NCBI GenBank assembly: GCA_963847705.1
Contig: CAWKBC010000027.1
Coordinates: forward strand, 224,001-288,000
Direction: 5' to 3'
Source of the DNA: an uncultured Pseudomonadota bacterium
GTDB lineage: Bacteria > Myxococcota_A > Polyangia > Fen-1088
Length of the DNA: 64,000 nucleotides
Below, one piece after another: positions 22,258 through 32,654 of the stretch. The translations under genes were made by a program, and so were the position numbers. The stretch's first letter is position 1. Every line of letters starts with the position of its first letter. The notes beneath the pieces are model-generated. The model did no database searches and was not told the DNA's origin. It worked only from the letters and a program-made list of their open reading frames with translations.

Positions 22258-23124
22258 TCACGCGGCCACGAAAGACCCGACTGCGAACAGCGGTGACGCC
22301 GGGGCGGCTGGCGCCAGGCCGTCGCTCTCTTGACTCACCTCGCCGGTGTGACCGAGCGCGGTCATCCCCATGCGGAACTTGGAGAAGCTGTCGGCTGGCT
22401 GCAGTGACTCCAGCGCCGGCCCCAGCCAGAACGGCATCTCGCCGCTGTGTTTGATCTCCAGGACCCGGGCCGGAAACATGGCGATCACCTCCCGGTCGCG
22501 CGGCGCTGCCAGCGAGCCCGGGTCGCCGATCAGTTGCGGCCGGCAAAACGTCAGATTCTCGTCGAGGGTGATGCGGATGCGGCGGGCGTCGGCCGTCAGG
22601 CAGAGACGCCGGTACCAGGTCGCCAGGCGCGGGGCCATCGTGGGAAGCGCCAGCTCGCGGGCAAGCTCGGTCTGCCCGGCGGTCATGTTGGACGAGGGCC
22701 CCACGGCACGCGCGGCCAGCATCCGCGCGATCTCGGCCGGCGAGGCGGCCAGGCGCACCTTGCGGCGCACCGGGCCGTCATGCTCTTTCAGCTCCACGAA
22801 CGCCACGCCCGAGAGGATCGGCGCGTCCTTGGGGCTGGCCGCGATGGCGTACTCGCGGATCCGGAGCCGCCGCGCCGGCGCCCCCTCGCCGGTTCGAAAG
22901 TACGTCAGGTCGTCGGTGTCGAGATAGGTCGTACGTGTGTACGAGATGGGCCGGGCGGGATCGTAGATCTCGATGGCCGTCCGCGCGGCGATCGTGTTGA
23001 GGAAGCGGCGCATCTCTCCGTGGGAGAGCAGGAAGCGCAGCTCGTGATCGAACGGGTCGCTGTTCGCTGCCTTTGAGCCCGCTGTCTTTTGGCTCGGCGT
23101 AGACGTTTCGACGGCACCACCCAT
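22258..23124 (-). CDS. VTC domain protein (TTM/CYTH-like polyphosphate polymerase domain)
   Basis: HELRF, TTYLDT, RLRIREY, FVELK, YRR, RITLDENL, VLEIK and FSKF in VTC order; GGAGG RBS. Confidence 0.85.
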   Translation of the reverse strand: MGGAVETSTPSQKTAGSKAANSDPFDHELRFLLSHGEMRRFLNTIAARTAIEIYDPARPISYTRTTYLDTDDLTYFRTGEGAPARRLRIREYAIAASPKDAPILSGVAFVELKEHDGPVRRKVRLAASPAEIARMLAARAVGPSSNMTAGQTELARELALPTMAPRLATWYRRLCLTADARRIRITLDENLTFCRPQLIGDPGSLAAPRDREVIAMFPARVLEIKHSGEMPFWLGPALESLQPADSFSKFRMGMTALGHTGEVSQESDGLAPAAPASPLFAVGSFVAA

Positions 23125-23187
23125 GTCGTTTCACCTCCGCTTGAGATATCCGCCGGACGGGAAGCCGGTCGCACGAGCGTGAGCATG

Positions 23188-23203
23188 TGCAAGTCAAATG
23201 CCG
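23188..23203 (-). promoter_or_regulatory. Putative sigma54 promoter of the VTC operon
   Basis: Minus strand CGGCATT-TGAC-TTGCA, exact GG-N10-GC spacing, about 60 nt upstream of the VTC start. Confidence 0.6.
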
Positions 23204-23287
23204 ATTGCCGCGCCGCAAGGCACGGGGGGTTGGCCCATCGCCGGCGCCCGGCCGTTACCGCGGCGTAATCCGCTCAACCAGGGGCGG

Positions 23288-25213
23288 TTACCGATCGTCG
23301 ATCGCGTCGAGCGCGCCGAATCCACCCCGCGCGGCGAGGCGCGGGGCGAGGCCGGACGAGCGCTCGAGGGGCCTGCCGGCCGCCTGTGCGAGCAGCGCGC
23401 GTCGCCCCACGACGACGATCGATCGACGGGCGCGGGTCACGGCGGTGTAGATCAGCTCACGCGAGAGCAGGGGCAGGTCAATCTCGGGCAGGATCAGCGC
23501 CGCCTGATCGAGCTCGCTCCCCTGCGCCTTGTGGACCGTGGTGGCGTAGGAGATCGCCACCGCGCCGCGCAAGGTGGCGGCCGGGAAGAGCGCCAGCGTC
23601 GACTGATGCGGGAAGGCGAACATCGCCGTCGGCGCGCCGTCATTCTCGGCCTGCGCGACCAGCAGGGCGACCCCCTGGTCGCCGTTCATCAAGCCGCGAT
23701 CGTAGTCGTTCTCGATCATCATCACCGGCGTGCCGGGCGGAAGAGCGTCGGGAGTGGCTTCGTCTCCCAGCTCATGCGCGGCGCGGCGGACGAGCAGCTC
23801 ATTGATGCGATCGGCCCCCGCCTGACCAACGCGGGTCACCGTCAAGAGGCGCGCGCGGCGGTGGCGAGCGAGGAGCGCGTTCGCCAGCGCGGTGCCGGCC
23901 TCGTCGAGCACGCCGCGCGCGACCTGAGGGATCCGGCGGGGCTGCAGCATCGCCAGGGTGGGGTGAACGTGCCGCGCATACCAGTGGTCGACGAAAGAAC
24001 CCAGCAGGCGGTGGCCGTGACCGTCGCGGGTGTCGGGCTCGCACTGCTCGAACCCGACGAAGGTGAGCGCCTCGATTCCGGCCAGGCCCGCCGCAGCCTG
24101 CCGCGCGGGCGGGGCCTTGCCGGCGGCGATCTGCCGGGCGGCCTCCAGGATCTCGGCGCCGGCGGGATCGTCGGGGCTCATGCGGTGGCTCTCGGGCAGG
24201 CGGAGCGCGAGGGGCCCGAGGTCGCGCAGGACGCTGCCGGCCTGGATCGCGGGCAGCTGATCCGCATCGCCGATCAGCACCAAGCGCGCGTCGGGACGCA
24301 GCGCCCGCACGAGCTGCTCCACCAGCATCAGATCGACCATCGACGCCTCGTCGACGATGACGCCGGCGTGGGGCAGCCGGTTGTTCTCGTGGTGGCGGAA
24401 CGCGCCGCCGTGCAGCGCGCGGCGCGCGGAGAAACCCAGCAGGCGGTGCAGCGTGCTCGGCGCCGGTGTCTCGAGTCCATCGGCGACGAGCCCCTCGGCG
24501 ATCCGGTTGGCCGCCTTGCCGGTCGGGGCGGCGACGGCGATCATCTCCGCCGAGAGCCCCGCCGCGCGCCAGGCGCGGACGATCCCCCCGATGAGCGCGG
24601 TCTTCCCGCTGCCGGGCCCGCCGGTCACGACGGTCAATGGCCGCGCCAGCGCTGCGGCGATGGCGGCGCTCTGCGCGGCGGTCCAGGGACGGCTGGGGAG
24701 CGCGGCCGCGGCCAGCGCGGTCGCCGCGTCGACGGCCTGGTCGCCGAAGGGGGGAACGGCGGTGGCGATCCGCGCGGCCAGCGCGTCGGCCAGGCGCTCC
24801 TCCAGCCGGAGGTCACGTTCCTGATAGAGACAGCCGTCGTCGACGATGAAGGGACGGTGGTCCCCCAGACGTCCGACGAGTGGTGCCAGCGCAGGCTCCA
24901 GGGCGAGACGGTCGGCCAGACGACCCGCCAGGGCAGCGGCCGCCGCGCGATCGGCGAGGGTGGCGCCCAGCCGCTCGAGCCGCGCCTCGAGCCCGCTTCC
25001 CGTCCCACCGGTGAGCGCCAACCGCGTCGCTCCCTCCGCCCGCGCCTCGCACGAGGCGAGGACCAGCAGCGCGAACGCACGGCGCTCGGTCCCGGGAAGC
25101 TCCCGTGGCCAGCCGGCGGCTTCGAGCGCGAGAAAGAGCGCCTCGCGATCGACGTCGCCCCCGGTCAGCGCCGCGGCCCAGGCGGGCGGCCAGCTTCGGT
25201 CGGGCGCGCTCAC
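23288..25213 (-). CDS. recD: Exodeoxyribonuclease V alpha subunit
   Basis: TGGPGSGKT, APTGKAANRI, TLHRLLG, IVDEASMVD, GDADQLP, TVHKAQGSE, YTAVTRAR; GTG start overlaps recB stop. Confidence 0.93.
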   Translation of the reverse strand: MSAPDRSWPPAWAAALTGGDVDREALFLALEAAGWPRELPGTERRAFALLVLASCEARAEGATRLALTGGTGSGLEARLERLGATLADRAAAAALAGRLADRLALEPALAPLVGRLGDHRPFIVDDGCLYQERDLRLEERLADALAARIATAVPPFGDQAVDAATALAAAALPSRPWTAAQSAAIAAALARPLTVVTGGPGSGKTALIGGIVRAWRAAGLSAEMIAVAAPTGKAANRIAEGLVADGLETPAPSTLHRLLGFSARRALHGGAFRHHENNRLPHAGVIVDEASMVDLMLVEQLVRALRPDARLVLIGDADQLPAIQAGSVLRDLGPLALRLPESHRMSPDDPAGAEILEAARQIAAGKAPPARQAAAGLAGIEALTFVGFEQCEPDTRDGHGHRLLGSFVDHWYARHVHPTLAMLQPRRIPQVARGVLDEAGTALANALLARHRRARLLTVTRVGQAGADRINELLVRRAAHELGDEATPDALPPGTPVMMIENDYDRGLMNGDQGVALLVAQAENDGAPTAMFAFPHQSTLALFPAATLRGAVAISYATTVHKAQGSELDQAALILPEIDLPLLSRELIYTAVTRARRSIVVVGRRALLAQAAGRPLERSSGLAPRLAARGGFGALDAIDDR

Positions 25214-28200
25214 GGCGCCTGCTCCGCGCCGAGTCTGGCGGCGATCTCGACGCCCCAGACGGAGAGCTCGGCGAAGGTCGGGCGGCGGCTGCGGACGGCG
25301 CCCGCGCCCGGCAGGCCGCGCACGAACAGGTAGAGCGTGCCGCCGAAGCGGGCCTGGTACTCGGCCTCGCTGGCGATGCCGAGCATGCGGACCAGCGCCA
25401 GCGCGTAGAGCTGCTCCTGCAACGCGTAGTTCTTGGCGACGTGGGCCTCGACGACCGCCTGGTCCCAGCTGGGGAGGCGATCGGTCTTCCAGTCGCCGAA
25501 GTAGACCCGCCCCTCGTGCTCGAACAGCAGGTCGACGAACCCCTTGACGTAGCCGCGGTCGGCGCCGCCGGCCGCCTCGGGGAAGGGGAACAGGAACTCC
25601 ATCTCGCGCGCCTCGCGCCTGGCGTGGGCCAGTCCGGGAAGAACGCCACCGACGACCGGGAGCGGCGTGGTGAGCGCGGCGTGGGCCAGGCGCGCGGCGG
25701 CCAGCAGGTGCCGCGGCTCGCGCCCGTGCCGGCGCAGCGTCGCCTCGAGCAGCGCACGGATGTCGTCGCGCGCGGCCCAGGCCTCGAAGCCGTCGGTCGC
25801 CCGCAACGTCTCGAGCGGCACCCGCTCCAGCAGATCGTGGACGAAGACCCCCGCCCGCGCGCCGCCCGGGAGATCGTCGTCGGCGAGCGGCGGCGCATCG
25901 TTCGTCTCGTCGTGAATCTCCGTCGGTGGACGGTAGCCCCCTTCGGACTGCTTGATGCGGCTGTAGGAGGTGAGGGTGGGGCCGGCCCGGCGTCGCCGCA
26001 GCTGCGCCAGCTCCGCCTCGGGGACGGCGGTGGTCGAGGCCGTCGGCGCTCCGGGCTTCGAGGTCGTCTTCGACGCCGTTTTCGAGGCACCTGGCTTTTC
26101 GACGTCGGGCCGCCAGCCGACCAGACCCAGCAACGCCAGGCGCGGCCGTCCGCCGTCGCCCGAGCCACGCGGATCGATCGGCACGTCGCGCATCTCGAAG
26201 TGCCGCCGCTGCCCCTCGTCGGCCCGCAGCGCGCGCAGGCGGCGGTTCACGTGGCTGTAGCCGCCGCTCAGCTTCCAGTTGATCTCCCGGGTTCCCCCCT
26301 CGATCGGGGCGTCGCTCTCGCCTTCGCCGGAGAACGGCAGGTAGAGCCGCCGCCGGGCGCGCGTGAGCGCCACGTAGAAGAGCCGCTGATCCTCGCTCTC
26401 GCGCTCGCGCTTGATGAGCGCGGCCAGCGCGTTGGTCCTGGGACGGCCCGCCATCGCCACCCGCGAGCCGGCGTCGGTGTAGTGACGAACCCCCTTGTTC
26501 GGCGACGGGCTGTAGCCGCCGTACAGAAAGACCACCTCGGCCTCCAGCCCCTTCGCCTTGTGCATGGTCATGATCTGGACGGCGTCGTGGTCGCTCTCCA
26601 GGCGCTGGACGTTTCCCTCCTCCGCCTCGGGCACCAGCAGCTTCTCGCACAGCGCCGAGAGGCGGCGGACGACGTCGCCCAGAGGCCGGGCGGCGCGCGC
26701 GGCCTCGGCGGAGAGGACCTCGAACAGGTGGCGGATGTTCACCAGCCGGCGCGCGCTCTCACCCATGAAGAGCTCGCGTGAGATGACGCCGCTCTCGTCG
26801 AGGATGCGCGCATAGAGGCGACCGAGCGGCTCGCGCGTGGCGGCCGCGTGCCAGGAAAAGAGACGCGCGAAGAGGGGGTGATCGCCCTCGGCTCCCGCGG
26901 CCGCCGGGAGATCGGCCAGCGAGAGCCCGAAGAACGGCGTCAGCCAGGCGCGCAGCCGCTTGGCCGGATCGCGTGGGTCGGCGACGGCGCGCAGGAGATC
27001 CCGGACCTGCCGCGCCTCGGGCGAGGCATAGAGGCCCTCCTGGTTGTAGATGACGGCGGGAACCCCGCGGGCGCCGAGCGCGCCGGCGACCGCCTTCGCC
27101 TCGACCCAGGTTCGGGTCAGCACGAAGATGTCGCTGGCGCGCAGCGGCTCCGCGCCTGGCAGCGGCTCTGCGCCAGCCAGGAGGTCGACGATCTCCCGCG
27201 CCACGGCCTGGGCGAGCCCCTCGCGAACCGCGCGCATCGGCAGCCGGGCGACATCCTCGTCGGCGGTCACGCGCAGGAGCGTGACGGGTGCTGGCGCGGG
27301 GATCGGCGCCGGTGTGGGCGGCGGGTCGTCTTCGGGGCCGTACGTGACCGGCGGGTCGTACTTGATGTCGCCGTGGTTGAAGAAAGGGTCCGCCGCCGTC
27401 TGATCGAGGATGGCGTTGTAGGCGTCGATGACGGCGCGGGTGGAGCGAAAGTTGCGCGTCAGGTGGTGTGCCTCGTCGGACGCCGCCACGGTCTCGCGGG
27501 CCTCGACGTAGGTCGCCACGTCGGCCCCTCGAAATCCGTAGATGGCCTGCTTCGGATCGCCGACCAGATAGAGCGGCCTGGCTGCGCGCTCATCGAAGAT
27601 CCTTCGAAAGATCTCCCACTGGATCTGGTCGGTGTCCTGAAACTCGTCGACGATCGCCAGCCGGTACCGCTGCCGCAACGTCGCGGTCAGCTCGCTGCCG
27701 CGCGGGCCGTTGAGCGCGTCGTTCACCAGCGTGAGCATGTCGTCGAAGTCGTAGAGCCCCGCGGTCCGCTTGCGCGCCGCCAGCCGGGCGGCGACGGGCG
27801 GGACGAAGAGCTGCGCCACCGCGGCCTCGAGCGGAATCGCCGCGTCGGCCAGCTCCGCGACCGCGGCGACGACCGGCCCCGTTCGCCGCTCGAGCCGCTC
27901 GCTGACGAAGGCCAGCAGGTCGTCCTTCCCCGAGGGCAGATCGAGGGCGGCCAAGAATCGCCCGGTGTGGCCGTCGCTCTCGAACCGGCGCGTGGCGGCG
28001 TGGAGCGTGCGCAGCCGCGCGCTCACCGCCTTGGCCGTCGAGCCGTGCATCCCGGTCGTGCTCGCGTCGAGCTCGGCTGGCGTGAGGCGCGCGAAGGCCC
28101 GCGCCGCGGCGGCGATGCGCTGGGGATCGAACGGCGTTCCCCAGCGGGCGCGCAGCTGGTGCGCCCGGTAGAGGAGCGCCTCCAGGCTGTCGACCGTGGC

Positions 28201-28743
28201 GGCGCTTCCCCCCCGGGCCAGGTAGGCCTCGAGGTAGGGGGTCTGCGCGCCGTCGACGGCCAGCTCCTGGCGCAGCACCTCGGCGAAGGCGGCGGCAAAC
28301 GCCGCGCGGCTCTCCACGCTCTGCTGGAGGAGCAGACGCCCGCCGGCGAAGGCCTGCTCGGTGAGCACCCGCTGGCAAAAGGCGTGGATCGTCGAGATCG
28401 GCGCGCTGTCGAGGCTGCGCGCGGCAGCGTCCAGCCGGGCGCGCGCCTGGTCGTCGATCGTCCAGACCGACGTGGCGCGCGCCGTCGATTCGCGCGCCGT
28501 CGCCACCTTCTTGATCAACGCGCCGATGCGGCGCCGCAGCTCGGACGCCGCCCGGTCGGTGAAGGTCACGACCAGCATCTCTTCCAGCCGGGCGTCGCCG
28601 CGGACCATGCGATCGACGACCAGGTGCTCGATCAAGAACGTCTTGCCCGTCCCGGCCGACGCCTCGATGACCGCCGAGCGCGCGCGCGCGATCCGGCCCA
28701 GCTCGGCGGGGAAGGGATAGAGGACCTTCGTCGGGGCGCTCAT
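25210..28743 (-). CDS. recB: Exodeoxyribonuclease V beta subunit
   Basis: IEASAGTGKT, VDEFQDTD, VGDPKQAIYGFRGAD, TMHKAKGLE, YVALTRAR; nuclease GFVDL...DWKT...QLY. Confidence 0.95.
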   Translation of the reverse strand: MSAPTKVLYPFPAELGRIARARSAVIEASAGTGKTFLIEHLVVDRMVRGDARLEEMLVVTFTDRAASELRRRIGALIKKVATARESTARATSVWTIDDQARARLDAAARSLDSAPISTIHAFCQRVLTEQAFAGGRLLLQQSVESRAAFAAAFAEVLRQELAVDGAQTPYLEAYLARGGSAATVDSLEALLYRAHQLRARWGTPFDPQRIAAAARAFARLTPAELDASTTGMHGSTAKAVSARLRTLHAATRRFESDGHTGRFLAALDLPSGKDDLLAFVSERLERRTGPVVAAVAELADAAIPLEAAVAQLFVPPVAARLAARKRTAGLYDFDDMLTLVNDALNGPRGSELTATLRQRYRLAIVDEFQDTDQIQWEIFRRIFDERAARPLYLVGDPKQAIYGFRGADVATYVEARETVAASDEAHHLTRNFRSTRAVIDAYNAILDQTAADPFFNHGDIKYDPPVTYGPEDDPPPTPAPIPAPAPVTLLRVTADEDVARLPMRAVREGLAQAVAREIVDLLAGAEPLPGAEPLRASDIFVLTRTWVEAKAVAGALGARGVPAVIYNQEGLYASPEARQVRDLLRAVADPRDPAKRLRAWLTPFFGLSLADLPAAAGAEGDHPLFARLFSWHAAATREPLGRLYARILDESGVISRELFMGESARRLVNIRHLFEVLSAEAARAARPLGDVVRRLSALCEKLLVPEAEEGNVQRLESDHDAVQIMTMHKAKGLEAEVVFLYGGYSPSPNKGVRHYTDAGSRVAMAGRPRTNALAALIKRERESEDQRLFYVALTRARRRLYLPFSGEGESDAPIEGGTREINWKLSGGYSHVNRRLRALRADEGQRRHFEMRDVPIDPRGSGDGGRPRLALLGLVGWRPDVEKPGASKTASKTTSKPGAPTASTTAVPEAELAQLRRRRAGPTLTSYSRIKQSEGGYRPPTEIHDETNDAPPLADDDLPGGARAGVFVHDLLERVPLETLRATDGFEAWAARDDIRALLEATLRRHGREPRHLLAAARLAHAALTTPLPVVGGVLPGLAHARREAREMEFLFPFPEAAGGADRGYVKGFVDLLFEHEGRVYFGDWKTDRLPSWDQAVVEAHVAKNYALQEQLYALALVRMLGIASEAEYQARFGGTLYLFVRGLPGAGAVRSRRPTFAELSVWGVEIAARLGAEQAP

Positions 28744-31700
28744 CGCGGCTTCCGCCTGGGGGGAGGATCTCGGGGCGCGAACGCCGCGAAGTAGGGGCCG
28801 AAGCGCCGGGTGACCATCTCGACGGCTTCGGCTTCGGGCGGCACGGGGTAGTCGCGCGGGTCGGGGATGGGCCCGTGATCGGAGGCGAAGCGGGTCCAGT
28901 TGTCGTCGCGCAGGACCAGGATCGACTGGCGCACCCCGACCGTCTCGCCTTTGTCGGAGTGGTCCTTCCAGTAAAAGACCCCCTCGCAGGGGAGAAAATA
29001 GGCGTGCACCTCGCGCAGCAGCTCGGAGGCCAGCCCGCCCAGGTAAACGCGGGCCGCCTCCCCCGTGGTGGGCAGGAAGAGGCGCTCCTCGACGGACGGC
29101 GTCCCGTCTTTCTCCGGCCTGATGACGACGGCGCGCGTCGGTGGTGACGCGCCGTCGTCTCTCAGCGCCGCCAGCGCGAGGTGGGTGAGGAAGGGGCCCA
29201 GCAGATCCCGTTCCAGCTTGTCCTGGCTGGTCGAGCTGGCCAGCGCGAGCACGATGCGCGATTCGTCGGCCGCCCGCGCCTGGAGCTCGGTGCGCCCCCC
29301 GATGGCGACCGTGGCACCCTCCGCGAGCGGGACCACCAGGGCCGGGCCAATCAGCACGTCGCGGCGGTGCTCGGGCGCGGCGCCCAGCCAGAGCGGCGCC
29401 GGCGCGGTCACGAGGCCCCCGGTCGCTTGCAGGAATCCGTCGCGCCAGCAGCGGAGGAGACCCAGGTGACGCTCGCGCAGCGCGCGGCCGAAGAGGCCGT
29501 CGGGGAGCTTCCCTGCGAGCGTCTCGAGGGTGGCGGCCCGGTCGTACGCTTCGACCAGCTGCTGATCGTTGTCTCGGTCCTGGCCGCCCTGAGCGGACTC
29601 GGCCAGGAGACCCGTGAGCACGTTGCGCAGAAACGGGATCGTCGAGGCGCGCGCCTCGTCGAGCGGCTCGTGCTCGCGGAGCGCCGCTTCGGCGTCGGCC
29701 ATGGCGTCGGCTTCATCGCCGACCGGCAGGAGCACGCGCGCGGAGGCCTGCAGCGGGCACTCCAGGAAGCGGCGCAGATCGAAGAGCGTCAGCCCGCGGC
29801 GGGCGCGCGTCGCGGCGAGCGCCGGCGGGGGCGCGACCCAGTCGAGCTCGGCGGCCACGCTGGCCCAGGCGTCGGGGCCGAGCGCGCCGCGCAGCTCGCT
29901 GAGCGCCGGGAGCTGGCGCACGCCGCCGCCGGCCCGGCGCAGCGAGGCGCCGAGCGCCGCCGCCCGCCGCTCGCGCGCGGCGGCGGGGATCACCGCGCAG
30001 GCCGCTGGGTCCTCGTGCCGCGCCAGAGGCGGCCGCGCCCGCAAGATCTCGAACGGCGCTCCCGCCGGCGGCGATTTCGAGGCGTCCTCTCGGGCGCGGT
30101 CGGGCTCGGCCAGAGCAAACAGCGCCTCGACGACGGACGACGGGGCGCGCGGCTCGCCGGTGACCGCGTCGCGGGCCACGTACGAAAGGGTGATCCGCTC
30201 GCGCGCCGCCAGCAACGTCTCCAGGAACATGTGCTGGTCCTGCTCGCGCGGGGTGACGTCGCCGGCGCGCGGCGCGAAGGAACGAAGATCGAGCGCCCGT
30301 GTCTCGACAGGTGTGGGAAAGACCCGCTCGTCGAGACCGGCGACGAAGATCATCCGGAACGGCAGCGCGCGCATCGGGACGAACGAGGCGACGGTGACCC
30401 CCTCGGGCGAGCGGTGCCGCCGCGGCGTCCCCCCGAGGCGCGCCTTCACCAGCTCGGCGGCGACGCGGAAGCTGACCGGCAGCTCGGCGGGCAGGAACGC
30501 CGCGATGTCGACGAGCGCGCGGAGCGCGTCGCCCAGCGCCGCCTCCTCGTCGCCGGGCTCGGGGAAGATCGTCTGGGCGATGGTGCGCCGCAGGAGCGCC
30601 GCGTGGGTCTCGAAGGGCGCCGGAGCGCCGCGCGCCGCGTCCGCGAAGGCGATCAGCTCCCGGGCGATGATCCCCAGCGCGCGGGCGGCCGGCTCCAGGC
30701 CGGGGGGCAGATCGAACGGCAGCACCGCCTCACCGTCGAGGACGAAGGCGCGCTCCTCGCCGCTCCGCGGCCCGGACAGAAACGCGCCCAGCGCCAGCCG
30801 CCGCAGCCCCTGCTCCCAGCTGGTCCGATCGCGCGTCAGGTAGCTCGCGGCCTGATCGGAGCGGTCGGCGCCGCGGACGATCTCCAGCGCCTCGCACAGC
30901 GCCAGCCAGTCCTCGGGATCGACCTCGGGGAAGCGGCGCGCGACGGCGGGGTGCATCGCCACGCGCAGCAGATCCGGCCGCCCCAGAGAGCCGAGCGGCA
31001 GCTCCAGCAGGAGCCCGACCACGTCGAGGATCCGCCGCTCGGCGGGGCGGGGGAGATCGACGATCGTGTGCGGCAGGCGGGACGCCGCCTCGAACACCGC
31101 CTGCGCGAGCGGCAGGTAGACCGGCGCGCTGGCGGCCGGCACGATGACCGCGAAGTCGGCGAAGGTCAGGGTCTCGTCGGCCCGGATGCGCGACCAGATC
31201 TCGGCGGCGATCGTCTCCAGCTCCCGGCGCGGATCGGCCGCGGGGACGACGGTCAGGCTGTCGTCGTCGGGGCGCGCGGTCCGCGGAGAGACCGACCGGC
31301 GCTCGAGCACCGCCGCTTGAAACGCCGCCAGCCGCGGCGCGCGCGCGCCTGAGGGCGGGGCCACGAAGCGCGCGTCGACCTCGCCGCCGGCCAGGCGCGT
31401 GAGCAGCTGCACGTTGTCGCGCCCCGGACGCGCCCAGGCATCCAGCGGTGACTCGTCCGGCCCCGCCGTCGCCTCCGCCTCGCCCGCGGTGACGCCGTTG
31501 GGGCTGAGGGTGTAGACGTGCAGCTCGGTCGCGCGCGCCAGCGTCTCGAAGATCGAGCCGTAAAGGCGGGCGACGTACGAGATCCCGAACAGGTGCACCG
31601 CAGGCGGCGGTCGAAGCTCTTCGGCCGGCGTCCGGGCGAAGAACTCGGGCAGGGTCACCATCCCCTTGGCGGCAAAGAGGCCCCGCGGACCGTGCAGGGC

Positions 31701-32216
31701 CAGCCAGAGCGCGCTTTGCCAGCGCTGCAAGGCCTGGTCGGCCTCGGGGACCAGCGCCCCCTCCCGCCAGGCGGCCAGCATTTCGGGGCGCGAGAACGCG
31801 TACTCGTCGAACAGCGCCGCCAGCTCGGCGGCCAGCTGGACCCGCTTGCGATCGCGCGCGTCCCCGTCGGAGCTGTGCAGATAGTCACGCACCGGGCCCA
31901 GCTCGGGCCCATTCAACCATGCAAAATCATGGAACAAGCCCAGCAACGCCCCCTCGATGAGATCGCGGTCGACGATGGTGGCGTCGGGCGCGCTCTGCGC
32001 GGCGACCTGGCGCAGGAAGCTGCGCAGAAACCGGGTCTCGACGTTGGCCGCAATGCCCAATCGGCGCGCCAACCCTTGTTTGACGTACCCCTCAATGAGC
32101 GTGTTGGGGACCACCAGATTCACGGGATCGAACAGGCTCGTTCGCCCCGCACCGACGGTCCCCGCGAGCGCCTCGACCAGCGCCTCGAGGCGATTGGAGC
32201 AGCAAAACCGGATCAC
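28740..32216 (-). CDS. recC: Exodeoxyribonuclease V gamma subunit
   Basis: SNRLEAL N-terminus, LFDEYAFSRPEML, PMRALPFR, FLETLLAARE, LRRFLECP; recC-recB-recD order. Confidence 0.92.
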   Translation of the reverse strand: MIRFCCSNRLEALVEALAGTVGAGRTSLFDPVNLVVPNTLIEGYVKQGLARRLGIAANVETRFLRSFLRQVAAQSAPDATIVDRDLIEGALLGLFHDFAWLNGPELGPVRDYLHSSDGDARDRKRVQLAAELAALFDEYAFSRPEMLAAWREGALVPEADQALQRWQSALWLALHGPRGLFAAKGMVTLPEFFARTPAEELRPPPAVHLFGISYVARLYGSIFETLARATELHVYTLSPNGVTAGEAEATAGPDESPLDAWARPGRDNVQLLTRLAGGEVDARFVAPPSGARAPRLAAFQAAVLERRSVSPRTARPDDDSLTVVPAADPRRELETIAAEIWSRIRADETLTFADFAVIVPAASAPVYLPLAQAVFEAASRLPHTIVDLPRPAERRILDVVGLLLELPLGSLGRPDLLRVAMHPAVARRFPEVDPEDWLALCEALEIVRGADRSDQAASYLTRDRTSWEQGLRRLALGAFLSGPRSGEERAFVLDGEAVLPFDLPPGLEPAARALGIIARELIAFADAARGAPAPFETHAALLRRTIAQTIFPEPGDEEAALGDALRALVDIAAFLPAELPVSFRVAAELVKARLGGTPRRHRSPEGVTVASFVPMRALPFRMIFVAGLDERVFPTPVETRALDLRSFAPRAGDVTPREQDQHMFLETLLAARERITLSYVARDAVTGEPRAPSSVVEALFALAEPDRAREDASKSPPAGAPFEILRARPPLARHEDPAACAVIPAAARERRAAALGASLRRAGGGVRQLPALSELRGALGPDAWASVAAELDWVAPPPALAATRARRGLTLFDLRRFLECPLQASARVLLPVGDEADAMADAEAALREHEPLDEARASTIPFLRNVLTGLLAESAQGGQDRDNDQQLVEAYDRAATLETLAGKLPDGLFGRALRERHLGLLRCWRDGFLQATGGLVTAPAPLWLGAAPEHRRDVLIGPALVVPLAEGATVAIGGRTELQARAADESRIVLALASSTSQDKLERDLLGPFLTHLALAALRDDGASPPTRAVVIRPEKDGTPSVEERLFLPTTGEAARVYLGGLASELLREVHAYFLPCEGVFYWKDHSDKGETVGVRQSILVLRDDNWTRFASDHGPIPDPRDYPVPPEAEAVEMVTRRFGPYFAAFAPRDPPPRRKPR

Positions 32217-32243
32217 GCCAGGCTGTTCTAGTACAATTCGGGC

Positions 32244-32654
32244 GTGTCCCCATTCAGCATCTTGCTCGTCGAAGACGACTTCGACGTTCGAGAGGCGCTG
32301 GTGGAAACCCTGCGCGATCGGGGGTACCTCGTCGAGTCGGCCCCCGACGGCGAGCAGGCGATGCTCCTGCTGCGCGCCGGCGCCCGCCCCGGGCTGATTC
32401 TGCTGGATCTCATGATGCCGCGCATGAGCGGGTCGGAGTTCCGGATGGCTCAGCTGATCGATCCGGCGCTCTCCGGGCTGCCGGTCGTGCTGTTGAGCGC
32501 GGACGGGCGCATGGAAGAAAAGGCGGTCGCGCTCAAGGTTCAAGGCGCGATCCGCAAGCCGATCGATCTCGACCAGCTGTTCTCGGTCATCGAGCGCGTG
32601 CGCAGCGTCGGCGTGGCGGCCGGCGACGCGGCGGCTAGTAAAACAGACGCATGA
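32244..32654 (+). CDS. Single-domain response regulator (CheY-like)
   Basis: LLVEDD, ILLDLMMPRMSG, LSA, RKP. Confidence 0.9.
   Translation: MSPFSILLVEDDFDVREALVETLRDRGYLVESAPDGEQAMLLLRAGARPGLILLDLMMPRMSGSEFRMAQLIDPALSGLPVVLLSADGRMEEKAVALKVQGAIRKPIDLDQLFSVIERVRSVGVAAGDAAASKTDA

Noticed and set aside
25214-26650. N-terminal extension of the recD ORF (1120 aa in track)
   Set aside because: Overlaps recB in another frame and is low-complexity; GTG 25213 gives a normal coupled start
32217-32543. N-terminal extension of the recC ORF
   Set aside because: Antisense to the response regulator; RecC similarity begins at SNRLE
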